A stretch of 64,000 bases of DNA from positions 62,001 through 126,000 of the forward strand of contig NW_027191453.1 of assembly GCF_011745625.1 (NCBI RefSeq), written 5' to 3'. The notes beneath the pieces are model-generated. The model was not told the origin of the DNA. It did not search any database and was given only the letters and a program-made list of their open reading frames with translations. Shown here piece after piece: positions 22,744-34,242 of this stretch (position 1 is its first letter; each line of letters begins with the position of its first letter). Origin of the DNA: Cladosporium halotolerans (Eukaryota). The translations under genes were made by a program, and so were the position numbers.

Positions 22744-25700
22744 TCACTCAGCGGATCGCTTTTTGTACATCCAGTCCATGTAGTCCTGGACGCCATGAAC
22801 GTCGGACTCTTCAAAGACTTCAGACTCGGTCGCAGCAGAATCCTTGAGCATCCACTTCATGTAATCATGCACGCCATTGATGTGCAGCTCCTCAGAGTCT
22901 TCAGACGCCGTAGTGGGAGAATCCGTATCCTCACTGCTCTTTCCCCACACAACCTTTTGTTTGCCTTGCTCTGCGGCGTCCATCTTTTTGCGATACTCCC
23001 TGCCACGTTCCGCCAACTGCCTGAGCTTTTCCAAGTACGGGGTCTCGAACGTCCGAATGGTGCCATCCTCCTCGTGAATTTCGTAGTTCGGCTCGGCGCC
23101 TTCACCATCCTCGGTGGCGTATTCGTCGCCGCTGGGGCTGACGTTCGCGAGGGCCACTTTGCGCCTTTGTTTGCACTGCGCGTATGTCGCCCATGCCTGA
23201 GCAGGGTCCTCCATTTCTTTGAACAGGTATTCAACCGTCCAAGAATCGGAAGGCTTGAGCCTTTCGGGGCGATTCACTGACCGACCATTGACTCGAGAGG
23301 CAACGAGTATCGTGGCGGCATAGAGTGGAGCCGCGTTGTCGGTGGCAGAGTTAGATGGGCTCGGAGAGGGTTCATCCTCTGGCTCAGCCGGCGTGTCCAT
23401 CTGTTCGGCTTGAGCCTCGATTCCCATCATTGTCCGCTCGAATTTGGCAATCCTCTCTTTGGAACTTGCTTGGATTTCGTCGATCTGATCTTCTTCCATT
23501 GGCTCGGCAAAGATGTACATAGCGGTCACCGGAGTGGCGCGAGTCTCGAAGTGGAAGCGCAAGCTTTTCTGTGGGAATTTTGCGGTGGCCTGCTCGAGCA
23601 CCTTGTTCAAAAGATCCAAACTGATTTTGAACTCTTGATCCCCTAGGCAGCGGTTGATTTGACCATGGATAGCGCGGTCGATCTCCGCTATGGGCATGTA
23701 CTGAAAGCCGAAAATGCGCTCAACGTTATGGTAGGAAAGGAAGATACCGTCCATACGACCCATGCGAGCTTGCAGCATGTATTTTAGCATAGTCGAGCGC
23801 ATCATGTCGTAGTACTCGCGCTCGTATGACTCCCAAGCACCTTGCTCGGTGTGAATTTCGTAGCCAAGCATGGGCTTGTAGTCTCCCGTGCTCATCCGAA
23901 TGCTAGCAATGGCGCGAGTCTTGATGTCGAACATGCCTGTGCCTGGAAGGCGGGAGTCATATGCATCAAGCTGCGATCGCATGAGGAAGTCACCCATTGT
24001 CGTGTATTGATACGCTTCAGGCATGTTGCGCTCCTCTTCGGTGATCTCGCGTGGGTCACTCTTACGATACCTCTCGTATTCCGACTGGTCCATAGTAAGC
24101 AATTTCTCCATGGACTTTCCTAACATCATGAGAATGTTGCCACTGTCATGCTCTTTGTCTGCGTCGATTGCGTATGTTCCGTTTTTCCATCGTAGGAAAA
24201 TCGCCGTTGGTGCACGATTGAGTTTCGTAAATGTCGACAGAGTTTCCGGAAATTGGCGGGAAAGCATAGCAAGGTTGAGGTCTCTCCAGTCAGAAAGAAG
24301 GTAGTGGAAGTGGCTCAATGTGCTGGTCATGCTCGAAGTTGAGCCTACGTACTTCTTCCCGTGGCTTTTCGCCAGCTCTGACAGCGTCGCGTCCTGGGAG
24401 GAAGTCTTATATTGCTGCAATGCATTGAAATCGAATTCTTGCACGGGCATGATGTGCTGCAAATAAGGGTCGAAATTGTAGACACGCGAGTGATGATCCT
24501 GAAGCGATGTGACACCAGGGGTGAACAATACCTTGTCAAGTCCGAATGACAGATTTGGAACTGGTGGCTGGTCGAGATCGAGCGCAGTGACGTGCAAGTC
24601 TTTGGCTTTAATCAATGGTAGTCGCCCATCATCATCGTCCCCAACGTCGTTTTGAACGACAGAATGTTGTGAAGGATCTTCCGAACGATGGCCAGAGCCC
24701 ATGGCATCTGCGAGATGTTGGCCCTGCAGGACTTCGGCTAAAGGTCTACCTTCGATTTCGGGTGCTGGTACCGGAGAATCTTCTTTGGGTTGATGCTGAC
24801 CACTGGCGTCGACGTTGGTTGTCTCCGTTCGGCTGTCGGTGGCTTGATTCTCTCGCTCCAAACGCCTGCGCTCCTTTCTACGCATGCGCGCACGCCTTCT
24901 CTTCTGTTTTTGATCGGATGGGGCATTCTCATCAGTCGGTACGGGCGAAGAGCTTTGCGTGCTCGGTAGCGCATCATTTGACTGGCCAACTCGATCACTG
25001 GATGGGCTATCAGACTGTTCATGACCTCCATGTACAAATTGCTGCGGTAAACTTGCGTCAACTGCCCCATACTGCGCGGGCTCTGTCGGCGGATCATTCC
25101 CGCTAGTCGCATCTTTTACTTGAGTTTGTACTTGCTGAGGTTGACCGGAAAGCATCTGTCTAAGCCTTTTGAACCCCATCATACCCGCAAACGAGCCATT
25201 CTCCGATGGGACAGGTTTTTCACTGGTCGACGCGATACCTGAATCTTGTGTCATTTGCCTGGTAACAATATCACCAGAGGAATCGCCGCGTTGGTTATCA
25301 ACGCGGCTCCCATCAAAGCCCCACGGCTTCTCAGAAGACGCCGTCGGTGGGCGCTCAGGATGAGGCGTAACCTTGTCGCCTCGACGCAGGGTATCGTATG
25401 TAGCTCGGAAGGTCTTTTTCGAGCTTGGCGGCGTGGTCGAACCTCCCCACTTGGGCCTCTCCATGGTCATTCTTGTAAGTTGGGCGGCGCTCTTTGGCTT
25501 GCGTAAATGCCCGTTCGCCAAATCTGCTGGCGTAGTAGAAGAGCCTGCACCAGGAGAAACTATGCCACTCGTGATTCTGACATCGTCAGCGGCTGTCGCA
25601 GGCTTTCCACGACTTCCATTGTGATCTTCTGCGCCACGTGATTTTTGCCCATCTCTTTCCGGGGCATTGGCGTCCGTATCCTTTGACGTGACTTGAGAAA

Positions 25701-26034
25701 CGTTGCCATCAGATGCAGCCCTCAAATTGCGCGAGTTGTCTCTGTGAGATCTGATAGCAGTCTCCAAATCATCCTCGGTGCTGGAATTGAGAAGCTGTGC
25801 TTCTAGCTGGTCGTAAGCGGTTCCCTTTGCCCCATCAGCCCCCTGCGTTCCGTTTGTATTGTCATTTCGTGCATCTTCCGTAACACCCGACTTTTCAAAG
25901 GAAGAGATCCCGTAGTCCGATACTTTCCCCTCCTCTTTCGGCCGGTTTGGAGATGCAGTCAAGTGGCGGCGACATGGAGCGCGGACGTGATTCCAAGGCC
26001 TCCGTGATGGCGCACGGGAGAAGTGTCTGTACAT
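22744..26034 (-). CDS. PET127: Mitochondrial RNA 5'-processing exoribonuclease Pet127
   Basis: GLDKVLFTPGV, RVYNFDPYL, GSTSSMTS, DFLMRSQLDAYD, FDIKTRA, ARMGRMDGIF motifs. First ATG at 26034 gives an Arg-rich presequence MYRHFSRAPSRR. Confidence 0.9.
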   Translation of the reverse strand: MYRHFSRAPSRRPWNHVRAPCRRHLTASPNRPKEEGKVSDYGISSFEKSGVTEDARNDNTNGTQGADGAKGTAYDQLEAQLLNSSTEDDLETAIRSHRDNSRNLRAASDGNVSQVTSKDTDANAPERDGQKSRGAEDHNGSRGKPATAADDVRITSGIVSPGAGSSTTPADLANGHLRKPKSAAQLTRMTMERPKWGGSTTPPSSKKTFRATYDTLRRGDKVTPHPERPPTASSEKPWGFDGSRVDNQRGDSSGDIVTRQMTQDSGIASTSEKPVPSENGSFAGMMGFKRLRQMLSGQPQQVQTQVKDATSGNDPPTEPAQYGAVDASLPQQFVHGGHEQSDSPSSDRVGQSNDALPSTQSSSPVPTDENAPSDQKQKRRRARMRRKERRRLERENQATDSRTETTNVDASGQHQPKEDSPVPAPEIEGRPLAEVLQGQHLADAMGSGHRSEDPSQHSVVQNDVGDDDDGRLPLIKAKDLHVTALDLDQPPVPNLSFGLDKVLFTPGVTSLQDHHSRVYNFDPYLQHIMPVQEFDFNALQQYKTSSQDATLSELAKSHGKKYVGSTSSMTSTLSHFHYLLSDWRDLNLAMLSRQFPETLSTFTKLNRAPTAIFLRWKNGTYAIDADKEHDSGNILMMLGKSMEKLLTMDQSEYERYRKSDPREITEEERNMPEAYQYTTMGDFLMRSQLDAYDSRLPGTGMFDIKTRAIASIRMSTGDYKPMLGYEIHTEQGAWESYEREYYDMMRSTMLKYMLQARMGRMDGIFLSYHNVERIFGFQYMPIAEIDRAIHGQINRCLGDQEFKISLDLLNKVLEQATAKFPQKSLRFHFETRATPVTAMYIFAEPMEEDQIDEIQASSKERIAKFERTMMGIEAQAEQMDTPAEPEDEPSPSPSNSATDNAAPLYAATILVASRVNGRSVNRPERLKPSDSWTVEYLFKEMEDPAQAWATYAQCKQRRKVALANVSPSGDEYATEDGEGAEPNYEIHEEDGTIRTFETPYLEKLRQLAERGREYRKKMDAAEQGKQKVVWGKSSEDTDSPTTASEDSEELHINGVHDYMKWMLKDSAATESEVFEESDVHGVQDYMDWMYKKRSAE

Positions 26035-26473
26035 CGAGCGACGCAAGCGAGCTGCGCAGACACGGCGCGTGGTAAAAGCGCGGTCTCGCCGTCGAACTGT
26101 ACGGCTCGGGAGTTTCGCTTCAGCACCACGGTGACGTTCTGGACTTTTGCGCGCTAGCGAGCCCATCTCCGCAAGCCTCTGGCGTCCGCGCGTAGATCCG
26201 TCCTTAGTCTTATCGATAAAGGCGACGGCCAGTAGCCGCCAGGAGCTACGTCGTTGCACCAAACACCACGACGCAGCTCCCCGCTACAACACGGGCAGGC
26301 ACACACGCTCTGTGCCCGCAGAGCTTCCTACTTGCACTCTCCGACATCCCGCTGTACCACCGCACCTTTTACATACCTTAGTCGGCTGCGGAGCGTTCTT
26401 GCACCCAACTACTGGCATGCGAGTGCGGCGACAGTCCCGTCTTCCACAAGCCTTCCGATCATAGGCCGCAGCC

Positions 26474-28405
26474 ATGGACATTTTTCAGGCCGTTTCCGGC
26501 TACATCACCAAGATGGTGTCAGCCGGCGACGTTGCACAGGCTCAAGCAGCTGCTAAGATGAAAGTGCTCTTGCTCGACAATGAGACTGTACGTAGTCGTT
26601 GATACAGCCGCGTTGCGATACCGCTGACAGTTGCAGGTGCCGATTGTCTCCTCCGCAACCACGCAATCTGCTCTTTTAAATCACAACGTCTACCTCACCG
26701 ATCGTCTCGATAATCAAGAACGCGAAAAAATGCGACACCTGCGATGCCTAGCCTTCCTTCGCCCATCGTCCGACAGCATACAGTTTCTCATTGACGAGCT
26801 GCGGGAGCCGAAATACGGAGAATACCAGATTTGTATGTCTGAAATCTACACATCTATTTTGCCAGGCTGGATTTCTGACTGACACAGACTTCAGCAACAT
26901 CATCAAGAAGAGCGCGCTCGAGCGGCTGGCGGAGGCTGACGATCATGAAGTGGTCAAGGGCGTCATGGAGTACTTTGCTGACTTCTTGGTGATTAATCCC
27001 GACTTATGCTCAATACGTCTGCCTGCGCGACTCTTCTCATCTTCGCCAGAACTCTGGAATCAGGACAGTCTATCTCGCACAACAGAAGGCGTGATTGCAC
27101 TTTTACTGTCGCTAAAAAAGAAACCACTGATTCGATACGAAAAGAACAGCCTTCTCTGCAAGAAATTGGCTACAGAAGTCCGCTACAATATGACGCAAGA
27201 AGAGCAGCTGTTCGAGTTTCGAAAGACAGACACGCAACCGATCTTGCTGATTCTTGATCGACGAGAAGACCCAATCACTCCTTTGTTGACCCAATGGACT
27301 TACCAAGCTATGGTTCATGAGCTGCTTGGCATTGACAATGGCCGGGTCAATTTGAGTGACGTACCCGACATCCGACCAGAGTTCAAGGTGGGTCTTAGAA
27401 AACCTGCACTACAAGCCTGTGCTAATGAGCGTGTAGGACATCGTGATCAGCCAAGACCAAGATCCCTTCTTCTCCAAGAACATGTATCTCAACTTTGGCG
27501 ATCTCGGTCAGAACGCCAAAGACTACGTCGAGCAATTTGCTTCGAAGCAAGCTTCGGGTCAGAAGCTGGAGAGCATAGAGGACATGAAGCGATTCGTGGA
27601 AGAATTTCCTGAGTTCCGTCGCTTGTCTGGAAATGTCACGAAGCATGTCACTTTAGTTGGCGAGCTATCTCGTCGCGTTGGCACTGACAACTTGCTTGAC
27701 GTATCTGAGCTTGAGCAGAGCCTCGCCTGTAACGACAATCATTCCCAAGACGTCAAGACCCTCCAGGCACTTATTCAGAATCCTTCCGTCCAGCCCGACA
27801 ACAAGCTGCGCCTCGTCGCGATCTACGCGTTGCGTTACAACACGCACTCATCAAACGCCACTCCTGCTTTGTGCGACCTACTCTCTGTCGCCGCTGGCAT
27901 TCCGAAATACCGAGTCAATCTCATCCCTCGCCTTCTGGCGTATGCATCCTCTCTTCAAACGGCTTCAGGTAACACCGGCGGCCTTCCCGATCTGTTCAGC
28001 CAACCAACCGGTCTATTTGATTCAGCCCGTGCTCGGTTCAACCGCGGTCTGCGTGGTGTTGAAAATGTATATACCCAGCATTCCCCGCTCCTCGAAACCA
28101 CCCTACAAGATTTGATCAAGGGCCGCTTGAGCACAGCAGCATATCCTTTCGTGGAGGGAGGTGGCCAAACGCGCGACAAGCCGCAAGACATCATCGTTTT
28201 CATGGTTGGCGGCACGACGTACGAGGAAGCGAAGATGGTGGCTCAGGTCAATGCTAGCAGCCCTGGCATCAGGGTGGTTTTGGGAGGTACGGGGGTACTC
28301 AACTCGGCCGAATTCCTGGGTCAGGTCGAGGAGGCTGCTGAATCTTGGCCCGAACCAAGAGAGACAACGGCAGCTGGAAGATTGAGGAGAGAAGTAGGCA
28401 GATGA
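26474..28405 (+). CDS. VPS45: Vacuolar protein sorting Sec1/Munc18-family protein Vps45
   Basis: MDIFQAVSGYITKM, MKVLLLD, KMRHLRCL, DPITPLLTQWTYQAMVHEL, ENVYTQHSP, GGTTYEEA. Introns approx. 26588-26636, 26833-26887, 27388-27436. Confidence 0.95.
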
Positions 28406-28870
28406 GTTAGTGCTCAGAACTACAAGAATTGCTCATAAAGTGGACATGGAAGCATAAATAGTCCTCCCAGCGACGCCACCATCGTGTAGTCGCCGTGATC
28501 GAGCGGAAACTGTTCATGTGTAATAAGCCGCGTAGGCGGACAAGCATAATCCTCAGGCACTGCTTTTCAGGAGAGGGTCACGAACGATTTACCAGTGTAA
28601 CCAGCACACCGTCTTCATGGCCATGAACTCATTTAAGAATGGATACAAAAACATGCGGTCGCTTATCGATATGTATTGCCAATAGAGGTAGCTTCGGGTG
28701 TTGCCGCGGAGCCTTGCTTGCAGTTCTCTCTTATCTACACTTCCAAAAAAGGCAAGTCTCTTATCTGGACAACAAGATTGTCTGCATTTTAACCTCACTC
28801 CTCCATTTTACTTCACTTCATTTCTCTCTGCCCTCGAACTCCTTCTACAATCTTTCAACTCATCTGCAAC

Positions 28871-29223
28871 ATGTTTCGACATTTGGGTCACGCTCAAATG
28901 GACGCCCCAGGGGACCCTCGCTTTGACTCGGGCATTACGTACTGCTTTCGGCAATAAGCTTTTAGTCTCAAGCGGAGGCGAAAGCACGCGTGCCACCCGG
29001 TCACTTTGACAGCATTCGCGATGAATCAAGATCGAGGAAATACCGCGACGATGGCGATCGATTATCCCCTGGCGAAGTGTCCTCTGGTTCTCAGGGAGCG
29101 GAATTCGCATCCTCAGGGCGCACCCGTGTGCCTTTCGAGAACAGGTCCAATCTCGACTGCTTTCGCCCCTTGTTCCCGAACACAGCAGGCAGGCGAGACA
29201 GGTCAGCCGGCTGTGCGGAGTGA
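28871..29223 (+). CDS. Possible two-exon orphan gene (~92 aa)
   Basis: CT-rich leader ending caacATG at 28871; a GT..AG intron 28939-29012 would join it in frame to ORF 28990-29223. Branch site is weak and no domain is recognisable. Confidence 0.25.
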
Positions 29224-29540
29224 GCGGATGTGGTGCCGAGGAGTTGTTCAAAAATGACGGAAGATTCGTTACGCGTGAGCTGCTGCCACTGCAGCCATCC
29301 GTGCCATCATCGACATTTGGAAATGCATTGCGGCGCTAGAGCGGACCCCAGTGGCATCTCTGTAGCGACTACTATTGCGAGTCTCGGTAATATGGAGAAG
29401 GTCTGTGAACGCTTCCTTTATGACCCAGTTTCCGACTTCCATCTATTCATCCCGTCTCGTACAACATACATCCCTGCATCGCTCCTCGCTTTCTCTCCTG
29501 TCATACCCATCAGAGTCGAGGTGACAAAGCGGTGGCAATC

Positions 29541-30506
29541 ATGCCTTCCAAAGTCGTCTCGGAGCTGGTGGACTTTGACATAGACCGCTACCTTAACCCT
29601 TTTGTGCCACACAACCGCGTCAGTCGGCTCCCAACGCCCATAGCTCGATTCCTCGGCCACAGAAATGGATCCTTCACGGAGCCTCCAGCCCTCGTGCAGT
29701 GGTTTTCCGCTTTCTTCGGCGCCTTCATCGGCATTCTCTTGGTGGGCGCCATTTTCAAATACGCGCCAGGAATCACCAACCATAACCCACCCGTCATTGT
29801 CGGCTCCCTGGGCGCAAGTGCCATTCTGGACTACAGCGCCATCCGTACGCCGCTCGCACAGCCGCGAAACTCGGTCCTCGGTCAAGGGCTCAGTGCAATC
29901 GTCGGTGTGGCGATAGCGAAAGCGTTTCAACTCAACTCAAACTTCCAGGACCTACAATGGATCGCCGGAGCTGTGGCTTGCGCGTGCGCCGCGCTCGTCA
30001 TGTGTGTTACGAACACCGTGCACCCACCCGGAGGCGCCACCGCCGTTATTGCTACGACCCAGCCGATAGTCATCACTATGGGCTGGTGGTATGTCCCAGT
30101 CACTACTCTGGGAGCAGTGGTCATGCTTGTCGTGGCGTGTCTGTGGAACAACATCCTTCGTCAATTTCCGGTTTACTGGTGGACACCGTCAGATGTCGGC
30201 AGCAAATTGCGTGACGCTCGTTCAGCGGATGAGAAGGACGAGGAGAAAGGTGGAAGGAAAGATTCGGACACGAGCAGGTACGCAAGGCCAGGATCCCACG
30301 ATCTAGATGAGGGTTCGCTAACAAAGGTTGACAGCCAAAATACGCTTCGACAGGAGTCCACCAACGCCTCTACTGTGGCACCACAAGCCAGCCCAGACCA
30401 CATATCGATATCCGCGGATGCAATTAATGTTCCTAGTCACGTAAGGTTGTCGCACGATGAGAGGGCGGTACTGCTTCAGTTTCAAGAGCGGTTGCACAAG
30501 TCGTGA
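29541..30506 (+). CDS. HPP-family integral membrane protein
   Basis: SLGASAIL, PLAQPRN and TVHPPGGATA motifs with several hydrophobic helices; probable in-frame 57-nt intron 30278-30334. Confidence 0.9.
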   Translation: MPSKVVSELVDFDIDRYLNPFVPHNRVSRLPTPIARFLGHRNGSFTEPPALVQWFSAFFGAFIGILLVGAIFKYAPGITNHNPPVIVGSLGASAILDYSAIRTPLAQPRNSVLGQGLSAIVGVAIAKAFQLNSNFQDLQWIAGAVACACAALVMCVTNTVHPPGGATAVIATTQPIVITMGWWYVPVTTLGAVVMLVVACLWNNILRQFPVYWWTPSDVGSKLRDARSADEKDEEKGGRKDSDTSRYARPGSHDLDEGSLTKVDSQNTLRQESTNASTVAPQASPDHISISADAINVPSHVRLSHDERAVLLQFQERLHKS

Positions 30507-30689
30507 GGACTTTCATTGGGAGGACGAAGTCGCAACGGTCCTGGTTCTAGATACTACATTGTGCATAGCTCTGCGGTTCAGCATGTTGATATGAAGTGAA
30601 TAATATTCTGATCTACTTGCTTTCGTAATCGTGAGTTTTGCGAACCGTGTTTTTCATTTTCCAGATAGCACGCCATCAGAGACATACAC

Positions 30690-31333
30690 CTAGGCAGCCT
30701 GTGGGGTCTGCGTGCTCAGATAATCTTTGCGGAACGGGTTGGCGTCCGTCTCCTCGCCACGCTTCAGCGGCGTCCATTTCGGGTCCTCCTTGAACAATCG
30801 CAGAGCCTTCGTGTACTAAAATCGGTTTGTCAGCCTACGCCACTCAGTATTCCGCACCACCTCAGCATAACTCACGTTCTGGTCGTCGGTCGTAAAGCGG
30901 TGGTAGATGCCGGCGGGCATGATCATCAGATCGCCCTTCTCCAGCCTGATGCGCACCCAATCATCCTCCTTGCCTCTGACGTCGAAGTATCCACCGCCAC
31001 CAAGGATGTACCTGATCTCTTCGTCCTCGTGCAGGTGCTCGTGGAAGAAGTTCTTCACCTTCTCTTCGTAGCCGGGCAGCAGCGTCGGCGAGATCTCGAT
31101 CTGGTCGCGGTTCTTGTAGGAGCGCTCGGCGGCGATCTTGTCTACCGATTCGAGGTCGTCGGGCAGGTAGTAGTGTGTTACACCGAGCGCGGCCAGGTAT
31201 TCGGGGTCGACCGGGCGGCCGGAGTCATGAGGGAGGCGCTGGTCGCCCTGGGTTGGTGTTAGCCAGGCGGGGTGTGGTGACTTGGAGGGACGCTTGGATG
31301 TACCGGCAGGTTGTCGAACCAGTAAGCTTTCAT
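30690..31333 (-). CDS. ADI1: Acireductone dioxygenase (methionine salvage), 3 exons
   Basis: Spliced [20 protein letters not shown]; cupin [29 protein letters not shown]. Introns approx. 31248-31303 and 30816-30875. Confidence 0.94.
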
Positions 31334-31779
31334 CGTGAGTTATGGACTTGCAGTGTTGGTTTGAAGGTATTGGTATATTAGAGAAGCCGTCGCAAAAGAA
31401 ACAGTGTTGAAGAGATGGAAGTCGGAAAGTTGCTGACCCAAGCACGTCATTTTCACATGCGACGCTCGCTTTTTGGCCACGTTCGAGCACGTGGGGGCTT
31501 CACAAACCATCCATACGTAGGTAAAGAAGGCACAAGTCCTACTTCTATATCCAATCAAAACGTACACCCCAAAAAACAAATATAGCAATCTAGCACATAA
31601 AAAGCATAATGCGCGGACGAATTTTTCATTCGGATGGGGATATGTAGTGGCCTCCAGCTGTACTCTAAATGGTCTTATCGCCTGACAACAACATGATCTT
31701 TTCTAGTCCGCTTCTTCAACATATAATGACTTTTAGTATTTATTCTCCGTACCTCATAAACGGCTGCCGTGGGTAGCCT

Positions 31780-33903
31780 TTAGTTCCAGCCCATAGTGTT
31801 CTTGAGCACAACCTCTTCATCGCCCTTGGAGATCAGTTTACCGACCTGGTAAACCTTCTCGCCGGCCTTCTCGAGAACTTCCGTGGCCTCTTTGACCTTG
31901 CTCTCCTCAACGACGATTACCATACCAAGACCAGTGTTCCACGTCCTGGCAAATTCACGTTCACTAACACCTCCAGCCTTCTTCATCCATTTCAGCATTG
32001 GAGGCACTGGCCAGGAGCTGCAATCGATCTCCGCACCGAGATGCTTGGGCAGCATGCGCGGAATGTTGTCTTCGAGGCCACCGCCAGTGATGTGCGACAT
32101 ACCCAGAAGCAGGTCCTTGTCCACAGCGGCGAGCAGCGGCTTCACGTAAATCCTGGTCGGCGTGAGGAGCGATGCACCGACGGTCTTTGAGCTGTCCCAA
32201 GGTGCTTGGTCGCCGTACGAGAGGCCAGCTCTCTCGACGATCTTGCGCACAAGCGAGTAACCGTTCGAGTGTGCGCCGTTGCTGCCCAGACCCAGGAGGA
32301 TGTCGCCTGCCTTCATTGACTTGGTCAAGGGAAGAACTTTGCGGCCCTTCTTGAGCGCGCCAGTGGCGGCACCCGCCGCGTCGAATTCCTTGCCCTGGTA
32401 CATGCCAGGCATTTCGGCGGTCTCGCCGCCTACAAGCGCGCAACCGGCGTCGATGCAACCCCTGGCGACACCCTCAACGAAGCGGACAGCGTCAGGTACA
32501 GAAAGCTGAGAGCAGGCGTAGTAGTCCATGAAGGTGAGGGGTTCCGCTCCCTGAACGACGAGATCGTTGACGTTCATGGCAACGAGATCGATACCGACAG
32601 TGCTGAAGTCATCCATCTCGAAGGCGATTTTGAGCTTGGTGCCGACACCATCGATGGCCTGGATGAGAGTCGGGGCTTCTGCGTAGCCGGCGGCGGTGAA
32701 GTCAAAGGCACCACCGAAACCGCCAATGTCCGCATCTGCACCAGGACGGCGAGTGGACTTGACAGCGGCCTTGATGCTCTTGACGAGCTCGTTACCAGAG
32801 TCAATGGAGACGCCGGCGTCAGCGTAGGTCATGCCGGCGACTGCCTTAGCAGCTGAGTCGTCGGCAATAATAAGGCCTTCATTGGCAGGCTCGAGCAGCT
32901 TCCATTGGCAGGTGATGTTCTCCTTCTTGAACTGGTCGATCAGGTGGTTGGCAATCCCGTCAAAGTTCTCGGTGGCAAGGGCCAGGATGGTCGGTCCAGC
33001 ACCTGAAAGGCAGATACCGAGCAGACCTGGGTGAGATTTAGGGGTGACCGAGTGCAGAATTTCTGTGAGGCCGGGGATAAGGGTCTTGCGGTAGGGTTGG
33101 TGGACTCTATCTTGCATGCCGTCGTAGATCATGTCAGCTTGAGGAGGCGACTGGCCGAGAGCGGTGGTCAGAAGCGCCACTCTTTGCAAGTTGTAAATGA
33201 CATCCTGCTTTTCGTAGCTAGTCGGAAGGACGCCTCTCGCGCTCGCAGTGCTGACCTCGAACTGGGGAATGATGGCGATGCACTTGATCTCCTTGGCCCA
33301 GGGGAAACGGATGTGCCTGCCAATGTCACGAGGAGGGACAGGCGGCTTCAGGCCAGTGTCTTCGCCACCCTGTGGCGCGGGAAGAACTTCAGCGAGAGGA
33401 ATCTCCTTACGCTTCATGTCCTCAGGATCGAGTTCCTTGAGGTAGCTGCCAACAAAGCCACCGTAAAGAGCAGCGGCCACATTGTCAGGGTGTCTCTCGA
33501 TCATCAAGCAGAAATCGAGCATGCGATCCTTGCTTAGTTCAAGCTTGCCGACAGCACTACCAAGTGCGACACCAGCAACAACAGCAGCTCCAGAAGATCC
33601 CAAACCACGACCAAGAGGAATCGGGTTGACGATGTGCACGTGTGTGTTCGCGGGGAAAGCCCTTTGGTCGTGGCATCGAAGCACATACAACGCAGTCTGT
33701 GTGATCAGGTTGCGCTCCGGGTCCAGAGAAACGTCTTCCTTGCCCTCGCCCTCATAAGTGATGCGGCAGTTCAGCGGCGCATCCTTAGAAGAGGCATCGT
33801 CCAGAGTAATCTGCAGCTCCAGCCAGACCGAGAGGGCGAGTCCAATGCAGTCGAAGCCAGGCCCGATGTTGGCCGACGAGCAGGGAACCTTGATAGAGAT
33901 CAT
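31780..33903 (-). CDS. Fusion protein: homoserine kinase (Thr1) + phosphoribosylaminoimidazole (AIR) synthetase (PurM/Ade7)
   Basis: N-half: VPCSSANIGPGFD, PLGRGLGSSGAA, ERHPDN, DRVHQPYR, LSGAGPT. C-half from 32832: MTYADAGV, GGFGG, DGVGTK, GIDLVAMNVNDL, GGETAEMPG, HSNGYS, HITGGG. Single intronless 707-aa frame. Confidence 0.93.
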   Translation of the reverse strand: MISIKVPCSSANIGPGFDCIGLALSVWLELQITLDDASSKDAPLNCRITYEGEGKEDVSLDPERNLITQTALYVLRCHDQRAFPANTHVHIVNPIPLGRGLGSSGAAVVAGVALGSAVGKLELSKDRMLDFCLMIERHPDNVAAALYGGFVGSYLKELDPEDMKRKEIPLAEVLPAPQGGEDTGLKPPVPPRDIGRHIRFPWAKEIKCIAIIPQFEVSTASARGVLPTSYEKQDVIYNLQRVALLTTALGQSPPQADMIYDGMQDRVHQPYRKTLIPGLTEILHSVTPKSHPGLLGICLSGAGPTILALATENFDGIANHLIDQFKKENITCQWKLLEPANEGLIIADDSAAKAVAGMTYADAGVSIDSGNELVKSIKAAVKSTRRPGADADIGGFGGAFDFTAAGYAEAPTLIQAIDGVGTKLKIAFEMDDFSTVGIDLVAMNVNDLVVQGAEPLTFMDYYACSQLSVPDAVRFVEGVARGCIDAGCALVGGETAEMPGMYQGKEFDAAGAATGALKKGRKVLPLTKSMKAGDILLGLGSNGAHSNGYSLVRKIVERAGLSYGDQAPWDSSKTVGASLLTPTRIYVKPLLAAVDKDLLLGMSHITGGGLEDNIPRMLPKHLGAEIDCSSWPVPPMLKWMKKAGGVSEREFARTWNTGLGMVIVVEESKVKEATEVLEKAGEKVYQVGKLISKGDEEVVLKNTMGWN

Positions 33904-34242
33904 GGTGACGAGCCGGAGAGGCGCTGGCCGGAGAAAGTGGACAGAACAGTCGTGATCTCCGAAGCGGAACTATTCTGCTACGTAGTATATCGTCCAGCAA
34001 AGGACTGGAGTCCAATGGCCTCGCATGGTCCCTCATAGCGGCATCGGCCAGTCATATCCCCACAATCTTTTCTGCGCGCAGCGATCTGCAGCCAGGCTCG
34101 GTCCGCCGCAGCCCGCGTCAGAGCAGGGCATGTGAAAGCTTGAACTTTTGTGAATTGCGACACGCGACTCGGCTGGTGATAGTGTCCACAAGCACTCCTG
34201 CTCAGAACGCTAGGCTGCCTCCGAGAGACAAAGGCAGTCATC

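Noticed and set aside
26035..26262. N-terminal extension of PET127 in the ORF track
   Set aside because: Starts at a non-ATG codon; the ATG at 26034 gives a proper mitochondrial presequence.
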